Below, piece after piece: positions 12,635 through 25,500 of a stretch of 64,000 nucleotides of DNA. A program made the translations under genes and the position numbers. Each line of letters starts with the position of its first letter. The stretch's first letter is position 1. The notes beneath the pieces were generated by a model that made no database searches, was not told the DNA's origin, and worked only from the letters and a program-made list of their open reading frames with translations. The stretch is from Cyanophora paradoxa CCMP329 (lineage: Eukaryota; Plantae; Glaucophyta). Location of the stretch: NCBI GenBank assembly GCA_004431415.1, contig QPMI01000013.1, positions 62,001 to 126,000 of the forward strand, in the 5' to 3' direction.

Positions 12635-12959
12635 CGGTACGGCGACGCTCGCCGACACGTCGGCGCAGGGCGGCGGCTCTGCCGAAGCTTTCGAAGTTGC
12701 GGCCGGCAAGGCAGCCAAGGTCGCGCGCGCGGTCTGATCATGAAAGCGCGCGCTGAGGCTCGCGCCGAAGCCGCCGCTGCAGCGCCGCTGCTATAGCGGG
12801 TACTGCGAGCATGGTCGACTCGATGGTAGGCTGCTAAGTACAGGTACCCCTACTCCGCTGTTTGCCCCCCCACCTATCCGGGGGGAAGAAGTCAAGTAGA
12901 CCAGTAGGCAGCTCACACGAGCGCAGCGGCACTGAGCTCCGTCAAACGCAAGCACTAGG

Positions 12960-15913
12960 ATGCTCGATCACATTTCCATCCTGTCCAAGGGCGGCGTCGT
13001 CCTGTGGTCGAAGAGCGAGGAGCGGCTGAAGGGCGAGCCGATCAACAACCTCATCCGCACAGTGCTCCTCGAGGTGAGACGAGCGCTGCCGGCGCGCTTG
13101 GCCGGCGCTTACCGGCATCGGCATGCAGGAGCGTGGCGGGCAATCGAGCCACAATGTCGACTCCTACACGCTCAAGTGGACCCTCGCGAATGAGCTGGAC
13201 CTCATCTTCGTGGTCCGAATGGCCCCTCCCGCGCTGATTCGCGCGGGCGGGCCGGCTTAGCGTGAGGGCTCGCGCCATAGGTGGTCTACCAGCGCATCCT
13301 GCAGCTCTTCTACGTCGACGAGCTCCTGGAACGCGTGAAGCATCAGTTTACTTCTCTCTACCGAGATCGCATCATCAGCAAATCGATAGACAAGTTCGCC
13401 TTCGACGAGGCATTCAAACGCATATATGCGGAATGCGAGGAGCGGGCGGACGATGTGCGTCATTCGTCGCTCTCCGCTTGCACTGCGGCTTGACTTAGCC
13501 GCGCAGAACAAGCGCCCGCGCGCCCAGCAACAGTTCCAGCCCGCCGCTCGCGGCAAAACTGCTGGAACGTCCACAAAAAAAAGTGCGACCCGAGCCCCTC
13601 TTTGAGCGCGCTCGACTCTTATTCGTGCGGCGACAGCCTTGGAGAGCGCGGAGGACGACAGCGAGGCCAGCGGGAAGGAGAAGGTCTCTGCGAAGGGCGG
13701 CGCTGCTGGGAAGGCCGCAGGAAAGTCCGGGCAGAACGGGAGCGCTCCTGCAAAGAACGCCAGTCCCTCGCCCGTCAGCAACGACAAGGTTCCCGCCAAG
13801 TCGGTGCGCTCGCAGCCCGTCCGCCGCGCCTCGCCGCCGCTCACGTGCCGCAGGACACGGACACGACGGCGGACGAGTCTCAGGACCAGATTCGCGCGAA
13901 CATTGAGAAGCTGAAGGCCGGTGCGTCCTCCCGGAGCTTCTTCGAGCGCCGCGACTGCGCTAAGCGGGCCCCAGGCAAGCTGCCGCCGCGCGCGGTCGGC
14001 GCGAAGAAGAAGGAGAAGAAGGAGGATCCGTTCCTTGCGGCCATCCTGGGCGGCAAGAAGGGCGCCAAGCCGGCGGCGGAGGAGTGCGTGGCGCCGCGCC
14101 GCTCTGCGCCCTCGGCGACCGCGAGGCGCTGACGCGGGCCCAGGCCGACGAAGAAGGCGAAGGTGGCGCGCAAGTGGGACGGCCAGGTCTCGCGCGAGGA
14201 GGCTTCCGCGCTGGACTTCAGCAAGAACCAGGAGGCCACCGGCGACGAGTCCGGCGACGGGGTCCGCGCCCCCCGCGCCGCGCCTCCCTTCCTTCCCCGC
14301 CTTCCCTGACCGGCGCGCTCGCAGCTGAACGCGAAGACTGACGAGTACTTTAAGAAGGGCCCCATGCAGCTCGAGGACGAGGAGTCCTCCGAGGAGGAAA
14401 CCGAGGAGGAGGGTGCGCCGCCCGGCCCTCTACCACCCGCTCCCCGCCGCCCCGCCGCTCACCTGCCTGGTCCCGCGGCAGAGGCGGCGGCGGCGGCGGG
14501 TGCGGCGAACGGCTCGGCGCCCTCGGGGGAGCCGAAGAAGCGCAGCTTCTTCACGAGCATGCTGCGGACGATCACGGGCAACAAGGTCCTCGAGGCTGAG
14601 GACCTCGCCCCGGTCCTCCTCTCCTTCCGCCAGGTCCGCGCGCACGCCCGCGCGCCGCCGTCGTCGTCGTCGTCGCCGCCGCCGTCGCTGGGAGCGAGGA
14701 CCGACCGAGCGGCGTGCGGCCCGCGCAGCGCCTGATGGAGAAGAACGTCGCGGTGGAGATCGCGGACAAGCTCTGCGAGTCGGTCTCGGCCTCGCTGCTG
14801 GGCCGTAAGATCTCCAGCTTCGCGACCGTCTCGGCGACCGTCAAGAAGGCCCTCGAGGAGGCCATCACCCGCATCCTCACCCCCAAGCGCTCCACTGACA
14901 TCCTCGCCGAGGCGCGCCCGTGCCGCGCTGCGCCGCGCCGCCGCGCGCGTCCCTGACGCCCGCCCCCGCAGGTGCTGGCCGCGAAGGCGCAGCGCCGGCC
15001 CTACACCATCGTCTTCATGGGCGTCAACGGCGTCGGCAAGAGCACGAACCTCGCCAAGGCGCGGCCTCTCGCCCCGCGTCGCGCCGCCCCGCCGAGCTGA
15101 GCGCGCGGCGCCCGCCCCGCCCCGCGCAGGTCTGCTACTGGCTGCAGAGCAACGGCGTGAACTGCATGATCGCGGCGTGCGACACGTTCCGCTCCGGCGC
15201 TGTGGAGCAGCTGAAGGTCCACTCGCGCAAGCTCGGCGTCCCGCTCTTCGAGCGCGGCTACGGCAAGGACGCCGCCGCCATCGCCCAGAGCGCCATCGCC
15301 AGTGGTGCCGCCTCGCCCCGCCCGCCCCTGCGCCGCCCCGCCCGGCAAGTGAGCGAGCCGCGCGCGCGCAGCCAAGGAGAGCGGGGTGGACTGCGTTCTT
15401 GTGGACACGGCGGGGCGCATGCAGGACAACGAGCCGCTCATGCGCGCTCTGGCCAAGGTGATTGACCCGCCCGCCCGCGCCGCGCCGCGCCGCGCGCGCG
15501 TGTCCGCGCCGCTGACGCCCGGGGGCGTGCGGGGGCGCAGCTCGTGCACCAGAATAAGCCGGACCTGATCCTGTTCGTGGGGGAGGCCCTGGTCGGGAAC
15601 GACGCGGTGGACCAGCTCACCAAGTTCAACCAGTCGCTCACGGACTTCGCGCCCGACCCGTCGGCCCCGCCCCGCCTCGTCGACGGCATCGTCCTCACCA
15701 AGTTCGACACGATCGACGATAAGGCGCGCGCGTGCCGCCGGCTCCGCTGTGCTGAGCTCCGCTTGCTTACCGTGCTCTTCCTCGCAGGTCGGGGCTGCCA
15801 TCTCGATGGTGTACACGACGGGCCAGCCGATCATGTTCGTCGGGTGCGGACAGACGTACCACGACCTCCGCAAGCTCAACAACCGCACCATCATCCGCGC
15901 CCTCCTCCGCTGA
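12960..15913 (+). CDS. SRPRA: Signal recognition particle receptor subunit alpha
   Basis: N-terminal SRX domain [16 protein letters not shown]...[13 protein letters not shown]; GTPase motifs [58 protein letters not shown]. 15 introns, 3 of them GC-AG. Confidence 0.97.
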
Positions 15914-16173
15914 CAGCGCCAGGCGCCCGCGCGCCCGGTTCCGGACCCGGACCCCCGCGCTTTGTGCACTCGAAGAGACCCTATACTCCCGCTGTGATCC
16001 TGTGGCGAGGGACGCGCACGCGCGCAGCGCAATGAGCTATTGAAAGGGATTCGAAGACCATAGCTAACAATGTGACGGATTGAGCGAGCGCGGCCAGCAC
16101 GCTCTGGGGGGTACACGTACCGCCCCTCGAGTTGCGACACCAGCGAAAGCAGCAGGCCCAGCGTTCGCTAGAG

Positions 16174-16665
16174 ATGGACTTGCTTGGCGCGTACGGCAGT
16201 GACGGAGAGGAAGAGGAGGAGGAGAAGCCCGCCGCGTCGCCGCCGAAGGAGCCCGAATCGAAGGAGGACAGCATTCTCGGCAAGCGCTCGGCACCCACGA
16301 AGAAAGCAGCTCAGCCACCGCCTCCCAAAGCGCCGTGTACGAAGCTGCCGTCCCCGTTTGAGTCGGGAGGCTCGAGCTCGAAGCTGCCCTCGCCGTTCAG
16401 CGTGTCGTCGTCGGTGGTCGCGCCCCCGTCATCCCGCGCGGTCGCGCGAGCGGCTGCGGAAGAAGCAGAAGAGGCTGAGGTCACGACCAAGTCGCTCGTG
16501 CCGCCTCAGGTCGCCCGGAGAAGACCGAACGTACGCCAGATCCTCCCCGCCTCGTATGCGCGCCTGAGGCGCCCCGCTCGCGTGCAGACCGTCACGGAGG
16601 ACTACAAGTCGCTGGGATTCAAGGACAAGGCAGCTCCGAAGCCCGCGCCTCGCACTTCGCCTTAG
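16174..16665 (+). CDS. Small conserved-looking low-complexity protein
   Basis: MDLLGAYGSDGEEEE N-terminus, two LPSPF motifs and C-terminal LVPPQVARRRPN|TVTED across one GT-AG intron. Confidence 0.7.
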   Translation: MDLLGAYGSDGEEEEEEKPAASPPKEPESKEDSILGKRSAPTKKAAQPPPPKAPCTKLPSPFESGGSSSKLPSPFSVSSSVVAPPSSRAVARAAAEEAEEAEVTTKSLVPPQVARRRPNVRQILPASYARLRRPARVQTVTEDYKSLGFKDKAAPKPAPRTSP

Positions 16666-16888
16666 CTATGAAGCCCGCTACCGCCGTGATCCGGCGGCAG
16701 GGCTTGCTCCCAAGCGCATCCAATGATCTTGCATCGGCTGCGCGGCATCCGTCCCGCGCAGGCTTCTTTCGGCCGCGGACTCTCGGGACCACTCGGCGTT
16801 CCTGCCCTCTGCAAATGGGACTTCGCCTCGCGCCTAGCTACTTCGGCCCAGCCGCTCTTGTCCGTACGTGTGTGCAACGGAACGCGTG

Positions 16889-18180
16889 TCATTCTTCACT
16901 TTGCGTTCGCGGATCGGGAGTGCGACGCGCCGCTGTCGACTCTAGGTCGCTTGGCGCCTCGCTCGAGCGGCGGCGGGGATCCAGATCCGGAGGGGGGGCA
17001 GCGGTAGAGGGGCGCTGGGGCGGCTTCGGCTCAGGGAATGCGTCGTTGTCGTCGCTGGCGCCAGCTGCAGCCGGCCGCGGAGGGGATCCGGGGGCAGGGA
17101 GGGGTGCGTGGCTGGGACCCATCTCGCCCCCGAGCTGGAGCTGGCCCTCGCGCGAGTGACGGAGCCACCGCTTGAGGGAGCCCGAGAGGGCCTTGGACGC
17201 GAGGAGGGCGAGGTTGGGCGAGGCCGGGAGCGCCGCGCCCGCCAGCGCGGCGGAGCCCAGGTCGAGGACGGCGTCAGAGAGCGTGTCCGCCGCCTCCGAG
17301 AGGGCCTCCTCGCCCTCCAGGCTGCCCCCGCCCACCGCCCGCGCCGCCTGCACCCCGTGAAACAGAGACGCCCCTGCGCGGAGGGGTGAGCCTCGAGCTC
17401 AGAGGCGCGACGCGCGCGGCCCGTGCGCTTCTGACTGACCTGCAGTCAGGAGCGAAAGCTGGAGCTGCGTTTGTGGGCACGCCTGCTTCGCCATACGCCG
17501 CACCATCTTGTCAGCGGCGCCTTCTCTCATCTTCCCCAATGCTGACTTTTGACAGCGCCGCAGCATCTCCAGGGCGAGTTGCCTGTGCAGTTCGCGATCA
17601 ATTTGATTGCCGCTGAAACAGATGGGTCGCGCACGGAGGCGTTGCGGCTCGGTTCTCGCACGCGACGCCCACTAGGCCCTCCACCAGGCCTTTCTTTGCC
17701 GAGGACTGCACGAGGGCTTGCAACTCCAGACCAACGCCGGCGCCTTGCGTGGCAAGCCGGGCTGCGTGTGCGCATGCGCGGGAGTGAGCGCCGGTGCGTG
17801 AAGAGCGCGCCTGCCCAGCTTACCTTGCAGCGGCCGCAGAATGGGGATTTGCGGGCGGGCCTGCGCTTTCGGGCGCGGAGCGGCATGTGCAGCGGCTGGA
17901 GTGCGTTCTTCGCTGCTCGCCGCACGGGGAGCTGGCAATGAGCTCCGCAGGGCATCGCTAGCGGAGCGAACAAAGGACTTTACATGCAAGCGCGCCTCGC
18001 GCTTCGCTTCCCGCTTCTCTTCCCGCTTCGCTTCCTCCGTTTCACTACGATACAAGGGCGTGAGGCGCGCGTGGGTCGGTCGCTTGCAACAGGCAGAAAT
18101 CGAGCGCACCTTGAATCGGGAGCAAGAGGCTGCGCATGCGCAGCCTCGCCCGATATCGATAGCGCTGAGTTGGCGAGCAT
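16889..18180 (-). CDS. Uncharacterised protein (multi-exon, both ends approximate)
   Basis: Phase-consistent splicing joins MLANSALSISGEAAHAQPLAPDS|SETEEAKREEKREAKR...LRPLQ|ARLATQG...ATP|PQLALEMLRRCQK to the helical exon EALSEAADTLSDAVLDLG. No recognisable family. Confidence 0.5.
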
Positions 18181-18967
18181 TCGAACGTGCCACGGTGGAG
18201 CTCGAGCGCGTGCGGGGGGGCGCGGCGGACTAGCGCGCGCGGTGGCGCGAGTCTCTGCGCATGCCCCCCGCGGGAGTCGACCCCGATGCCATGATGCCAA
18301 TGGACTCAGTGACTTGGATGCAGAACTGCATTTGTTTTGGTGAATTACCAGCCACAGTCTCTAGACACCATGCGGAACTGCAGCTGGGAATCGAAGAATA
18401 AATACAGAAAATCTCAAACCTAATTATAAGTACCGTAGTCTGACCCATATGTAAAGCATGAACTCGAAGCCTATAATCATAAAAGTTACACTCAGTGACT
18501 GCAGCTGCCAGCTAGACTTGGGCGCCAGATTACTCAAATTTGAAAAAGCCTGCCCTTCCATGACTGCTCGCGGGGGGAAGTTATGCTACTAGATCCGGAT
18601 CCAGTCATAAACTGCGACATGTAAATCTCGATACCGCCGGGCCGATGTTGCGGTAGAGCTGCTGAGCGCGAAGCTCACGATCTAGATCTAAATCTAAATC
18701 TGTCGACGTCCTATAGCTACTTCAAAAACTCAAAAACAGCGCTCATAATCATGACACTGTGACAACGAGCTGCGATCAGCAACAGCTGACGTCGAAGAAG
18801 TATTGGTCTCGAGCCGAAACGAAAAAAGTCTGTTCCGGGCCGAGCGCATGCTCGTCGGTATCGGTGACCGAAATTCGTATAGTAAAATAGTGCTATGCCT
18901 CCGAAGGCGCCCGTGAAGCCTCGAGGGCCGGCGCCGCGCGCAGCGGGCCGGGGCGGCCGGCTCCCCC

Positions 18968-20786
18968 TCACAGCTCGAAGAGAACGAAGGAGATGTGCAT
19001 GATGAGCATACCCAGGATCACCGCCCCCGCCGTGAACTTGTCACCCGCGCGGATCCTGGGCACGCGAAGCACGGCCAGTCGACGTCAGAGGATCCACGGG
19101 TGAGACGGGGGCGGGGGGAGGGGGGGGGCGGGGCGCACCGGAAGGCCGTGGGGAGCAGCTCGACGACTGCGGTGAAAATCATGACGCCGCCGACGAGGCC
19201 GTACACGATTCCCGAGGCGGCCTCCGTCATTCCCCGGTCCATGATGCCCCTGGGCCCCCCGACCACTCAGCTCAGGCCCATCTGAGATGAGCTCTGCGAT
19301 GGGGCACGGACCAGCCGATGGCGGCGCCGATGGGCTCGGAGCAGCCGGCGAGGAAGCACCAAAAGATCGCCTTCTTGCGGCTCCCCGTCGCCTGCAGCAC
19401 GGTAATCCCCACTGCGCGCCCGGCCCGCGTCAGGACGGCCGGGCCCCGCCCGAGCACAAGGCTCGAAACTCGAGATTTCCGCACCGCTGATGCCTTCCCT
19501 GCAAGCAGGCAAGCTGCGGGTCAGAGGGGTCGCAGGGCGGGGGAGGGCGGGCGGCGGGGGGTACACGCACGGGATGTTGTGGATGGCGATCGCGAGGGCG
19601 ACGGCGCCGCCCACCTTGAGGTTCCCCGCCAGGCTCAGGAACGACGCAATGCCCTCTGCGGTGGGCGCGAATGTGTTACTTAAGCTTGAGCTTTGGGGCG
19701 GGGCGGGGCGGGGTGGGGGTACCGGGGATCTTGTGGAGGGTAATGGAGACGAAGGTGACGATGGCGACGGCGAGGAGGCGGAGGCCGCCGATGTCGTCCT
19801 CGGGCCGCGGCGCCGGCGCCGCCCGCTGCTCCTTCTCCTTCTCGGCGCCGAGGGGCGGCCGCCGGGCGCTGGCGCTCCCGCCCGCTTCAGATTCGGCCAC
19901 GACCTTCGAGCCGTCGGGGGCATATGCATCTTGGCCCCCCCCCGCCACCGTGACGTCATCCTCCTTCTCCTGGGAGCCCGGCGCCGCGAGCTCGAGGCTC
20001 GCGGGGCACACGACGGCCGGCGAGAGGCGCTGCAGCGCCGCCGGCGGCGGCCCGCCGGCCTCCGCCTCCGCAGCGGAAGCGGCCGCGCCGCCTTCGCGGT
20101 CGGCCCGGGGGGCCACCGCCTCTCCCTCCTCCAAATCCTTCGAGCGCCGCGCCGGCTTCTTCTTCTCGCCGATCGCGATCGGCGGCCCGTCGAAGACCTG
20201 CGCGCGCGCGAGGGAGGAATGAGACGCAAGAATTCAAATTCGCGACGAAGCAGTGAGGGGGGTACGCGCGCGCCTCGGCGACGTCGGGCTCGGGCCCGCG
20301 CATGTAGCGGTTGATCATGAAGTCGAGGACGGCGACGGCGCCCATGCCCCCGAAGAGCGAGCCCAGGACGGCGAGGGTCGAGAGCAGCTCGGCGTGGCCC
20401 TCCCCGGGGTGCCCCTCTGACATCGCCCGTGTAAAGTGCTCACCCGCCTCCGTGACCACTTCGACGTAGCTGACGTGTAACTGCGCGCGCGGGGGTAGTG
20501 CTCAGGACGGGGTGCGTGAGGTCTAAAGGAGTGGAGGTTGGGCTCACCATGACGCCAGCGGCCAACGCGAGTGCTCCCGCGAGGATTTTGCGGGACGTCA
20601 GGGCCTGTGGGAGCAGGGTAACGAGGCCACCGATCACGGTCGCGAGCCCTGCGTGGGGTGCACGAGCGTGAGTCCATCGCGTGCTCACGCGGTCGGGCCG
20701 GGGGCGAGGGCGGGGACAAACGCGCCTGCCGCGACCGTCAGGGCGAACGCGATGGCGGCCGATGTGCCGCCTGTGGTGGCTGACAT
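18968..20786 (-). CDS. zupT: ZIP-family (ZupT/GufA-like) zinc/metal transporter
   Basis: FALTVAAGLATVIGG, LALAAGVM, ITLHKIP|EGIASF, AIAIHNIP|EGIS, AGCSEPIGAAIG, VGGVMIFTAVVELLPTA: the ZupT signature helices. Confidence 0.92.
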
Positions 20787-21619
20787 CTTCGCCGCTCAGC
20801 TGTTCCAAGCCGGAGGGGGGCCACCAAGGAAGCAGCGCAAGCTTCAGTTGCCCGCAGCAGTTCGGAGGCCGGGTGCACAAGGGACGAGACGCCCCAAGCT
20901 GCTGCAGAACGGCGAGCACCTCGATGTCTGTCGATGCAAGGCGCTGAATCGATGCGTGTACGTGCTCTCCAATCCCTTTTCCCGATCGTGCCGGTTTCGA
21001 TCGTGAGGCGATCAGGCGCTCTCAGCGCTCGGAGCTAAGGAGTCTAGCTACGCCGGCTTCGGGCGCGCGCGTGCGCAGCTGCTGTCGTACGCGTTGCGGC
21101 TATGCACTGCAATACGCACTCACGCGTTCGCCCTCCTCTGCTCCCGCGCGACAAGTGCGTGATCCCAGCAGCAGCGCTGCGGTGGCCGAAAGGGGGGGGG
21201 CTTCTTGAGGGCGGCGAGGGGGGGCGAGGGAGGCACACGCCTGCGCGCTCCGCGACTGGCTGCGAGCATGGGGGTTGTTTTGGGATTTTCTTTTCAAGTG
21301 ACAACCGTCTCGGGTTGACGTCCTTCAACCGGCGCGTCGCTTGACCGCGATGGGTACGCGTGCGGCGGGCTATAGCTACCAGGCTGCGCGAAATCGAAAG
21401 CAGAGCTCGGGCCTGCCGCTGAGCTGTAAATGTGGTTCAGCAGCAGCAGCAGCGGGCAGCTACCAGCTTACCGTTGAGTACTGCCGCAGCAGCCGCCAGC
21501 CAGCGAGATCTAGAAGCGCTCATCGGACAACCAATCGATATCGCACGATTCCGGCGAGTGCAGTTCCGTGTTGCTGCGGCGGCGTACATATGATTGAGCG
21601 CAGTGCGAAACGCGCCTGA

Positions 21620-22425
21620 ATGGTGCACGGGAGCGGCGCGGGGTCCGAGGCGGCGCCAGCGTCGCACGGGGAGCTGCTGGAGCGGCTGCGGGCCCTCGTG
21701 GACGGCGAGCGCGACCGCGTCGCCAACATGGCGAACGCGGCGTCCCTTCTCTACTGGGGCCTAAACGCGGTCAGCCCTCTCCCGGCCCGCACGCGCCCGC
21801 ACGCATTCCGCTTGAATTAGATCGGAGCGCCCTCCGATGACGACCGGCGCCGGCAGCTGTCCCCGGACTCGGTCAACTGGCTCGGGTTCTATGTCTGGAG
21901 CGCCTCCCGCCGGGGCCTCGTCCTCGGTACGGCCGGCCCCGCGCGTCAGCTGCACATGCAGCTAGCTGCAGGCGCCGCCGGCCGTGGAGCCGCTGATCCG
22001 AGCGGCGGGGCGGGGCGCAGGGCCCTTCCACGGGCAGCCGGCCTGCATTTTCATCGCGGAGGGCCGCGGCGTGTGCGGGGCGGCCGCCGCGCGGCGGGAG
22101 ACGCTCGTGGTGCCGGACGTGCACGCCTTCCCGGGGCACATCGCGTGCGACGCGCGGAGCGCCAGCGAGATCGTAGTGCCGCTGCTGCGCCCAGTCCCCG
22201 GCCCGGGCGGGGAGGCCCCTGAGGTTCTCGCCGTCCTGGACGCCGACGCTCCCCGCCCGGACCGCTTCGGCCCCGCCGAGCGCGAGCTGCTCGAGGCGGC
22301 AGCCGGCCTCCTCGCCTCGGGGCGCGCTCCCCTTCGCTCTGCTCTGTTGTGCTTTGCTCCCCGCGCGCCTGACTGATTTTCGGCCCCGCCCCCCGCGCAG
22401 CTGCGACTGGCCTTCTCCCGCGTGA
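21620..22425 (+). CDS. msrC: GAF-domain free methionine-R-sulfoxide reductase (fRMsr)
   Basis: VANMANAASLL, VNWLGFY, LVLGPFHGQPAC, GRGVCG, VPDVHAFPGHIACD..SASEIVVP, C-terminal CDW. Confidence 0.95.
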
Positions 22426-22530
22426 TCCCTTAAGCTTGGCTCTGTGTTTGAAATTTCAAAAACGCGTCGTCGAATCTGCCCTGGGATATGCAAACACTTC
22501 GATCTAAGAGGGGACCGTCGGGCGCGGGCG

Positions 22531-25500
22531 TCAGCGGCGGGAGGAGGTGGACGGCGGCCCGCGGCGCGAAGGGGCCGCGGGGTGGAAGCCCGTTGCACTA
22601 TAAGCGGGCGCGGGGGCCGCCGGCGCCGCCTGCGCCGGCGCCGCCTGCGCCGCCGCTGGCGCCGGCTCGTCGTCCCACTCGTCGCCGCCGTAGAGGGCGT
22701 CCAGGCAGTTCTTCTGCTGGGGCGCGGGGCGGCCCCCCGGCCCCGGCTTCGCAGAGCAGCACGCCAGCTGCAGGCGTGGAAGATCAGATCGGATCGCTCA
22801 GATCATATCAGATCTGATCTGAGGGCGCACCGACTCGGTGAGGCGGTCGAGGAAGCCCTTGGGCTTGGCCTCGGGCTCGGCCGGCGGGCTCTCCAGGTCG
22901 AAGAGCACGGGCCGCTCGTCGTACCCCCCGCGCTCGACGTCCCCACGCGCGAAGGTCGTCGCCTTGCGGCCGCCGGCCTTCAGCCCCGGCACCACGCCGT
23001 TGCCAGCGACCGCCCCGCCCATCGGGAACCGCGCCCCGTCGGCCTCGCCCTGGACCAGCTTGTCTGCGAACGAACGAAGGCGGGTGTGAGCTCCAGCTTG
23101 GAAGTCGCTATCTTTATCTATCTACCACGAGCGAGCACGGACGGACGGACCGGAGAGGAGGGCGGCGACGCGCTTGAGGGAGCCCGAGGCGGAGAGGGCG
23201 ACGCGGTCGGCGATGAACTCGCGGGCGAGCACGCCGGCGTCCACGGCCGGGCGCACGCCGGCGGGGAGCGCCTCGTCGGCCGGCGCCAGCATCCCGTCGC
23301 GCTCCATGATGGGCAGGACCTACTCACTCACGTGAGCACAACAAGTTGCAGCCGCAAGCTACAAGTTCAAGAATCGCGGACCTTCTCGTCGAACTCGGGG
23401 AGGAGCACGGCGGCGTAGACCGCCGAGGCGACGTCGATGGCCCACGAGGCAAGGCGCTGCGCCGCGACGGCGTGCGCGGCCGCCACGCTCGTCGCCAGGA
23501 GGTTCTCCAGCACTTTACCCCCCCGCTTTCGGTCCTCGGCGGACTGGGCGCCCCCGGGGCCGCCGATGCCGCCGATGCCGCCGACCCGCGCCCCCTCGCT
23601 CCGCGGGGCGCTCCCCGTGATGGACGCGCGGTCGGCGTCCAGTGGGGACGGAGGCTGAAGCATGGCGCCGGCGCCCACCGGCGCCGGCGCGCCCTCGGAG
23701 AGGCGGGCGGGCAGCGTGCGCGCCGCGTGGTCGGCGAGCGTGGCGAGGGCCGTCGTCATGACCGATCGGAGGGCCGGGAGTCGCCGCACGGTCGCCGAGA
23801 CGGTCTGCTCCTCCACGCCGGCCTGCTGCAGCGCCTCCTGCACGCCGTCCGCGCAGCTCTCGCCCCACCGCGTCAGCCGCCCCTCGCTCTCCTCGATCGC
23901 GGCCGCCGCCTCCCGCCGCATCGCCTCCCCGGCCCGCCCCGCGCCTCCGGCCAGGGCCGCCGTGACGCCGGATTCGATGGCGCGGAGCACGCCCTCGAGC
24001 GCCGTGGAGAGCGGCTGCACGCCGCCGCCGAGGTAGCTGTTCACCGCCGCCGCCACCCGCCGCAGCTGCGCAGGGTTAGAAGAGTAAAGAAGAGTAGGGT
24101 ACGGCGGCGCACGGTCTTGGAGGCGCCGGTGATGGCCTCGGGCCCGAGGGCGCTGTCGATGCGCTCGGCGGTGGGCAGCAGCTCCTCGAGCGCGCGCTCC
24201 GCGTTCGTGAGCGCCGCGCGGCACTCGGCGACGATCTCGGAGACCAGGGGGCCGGCCGCGGCGGGGGCCCCCTGCCCCATCGGCGAGGTCGCCACGGCGA
24301 CGATGTCCGCGAGGCGGGCGGGCAGCGGCCGCGGGCGGGCGATGGCCGAGGGCGGCACGACGATCGAGCCGGCCGGCTTGGGCCCGGCGCCGGCAGCCAG
24401 GGCGGCGCCGAAGGGCCGGGCCAGCGCCTCCGCCATCTCCTGCAGGACCTCTGGGATCATGGCGCCCTCGAGGGTCTGGAGCGAGGGCCGCAGCATGCGC
24501 TCCACGGCGGGCTGCAGGACCTGCCGGCCCTTGCCCTCCGCCTCCGCCATCATCGCGATTGTCGAGGCGCCGCCGCCCATCAGCTGCCCCTGCACGCCCT
24601 TGACCTGAAGGAGAGAGAGCTCAGGAAGAGGCTAGACTGGACTAGAGACTGGAGCTCGGGCGGGGCACCTGGGAGGAGACGCGGCCCCAGGTGCCGTCGA
24701 CCTGCGGCTGCGCGGCGGCGCTCATCTGCCGCTTGATGTCCCGCACGTGCTTCGGCTTGAGGCCCTTCCCCGTCTTCTTCTCGATCGCCGGCACCGCCGT
24801 CTGCCCGCCCGGCCCCGCCAGACGCCGTCAGCTCAGCTCAGGGGCGCCCCCTCTGCCATTCGTTCGCACGCACCCGGACGAGCGTGTCTGAGACGATCGC
24901 CATGAGCATCCGCGGCTCCGTGTCAAGCTGCGAACGAAGTTAGGGGGGAAGGGGCGGGCTCAGACCGGCCGAGCCGGAGACACGGAGGGGCGGGTGCTAC
25001 GGCACGGCGGCGCACGTTGGTGGGGTCGGCCGGCTCGCCGCGCTGGGAGAGGGCGTTGGGGAGCGGCTGCCCGTGGATCAGCCGCTGCCGCTCCTGAATC
25101 GCCTTCGCCACCGCAGCCCGCGCGCATCGCGAGAAGAGCGCCGACCGCTCTGCGAAACGGGCGCTCAGGATCCGGACCCGTCGGGCCGGGCCGGGAAGCC
25201 TTCAAGCCTTGAAGCGCGCACCGATCGCGAAGAACTCCTGCACGGCCTGCTCCGCCAGCATGCCCTGGTCCTTGCACATGAAGTCCAGCAGCGCCTGCGC
25301 GCCCCCCGCCGCGTCTCAGAACCCGTGCCGGCCGGCCGCCTGGCTCGTTGCCGGCCCGGCTGCCCGCGCCGCGCACCTCGACGGACTGCCTTTGCCTGTC
25401 GCCGTCGTCCTTCTTGTGCGATCGCACGGGGGGCGCGCCCTTCGCCGCGAACTGCTCGGCCGTGAGCCGTGGCGTGCGCGGCGAGGCCGCGCGGGGCCTG

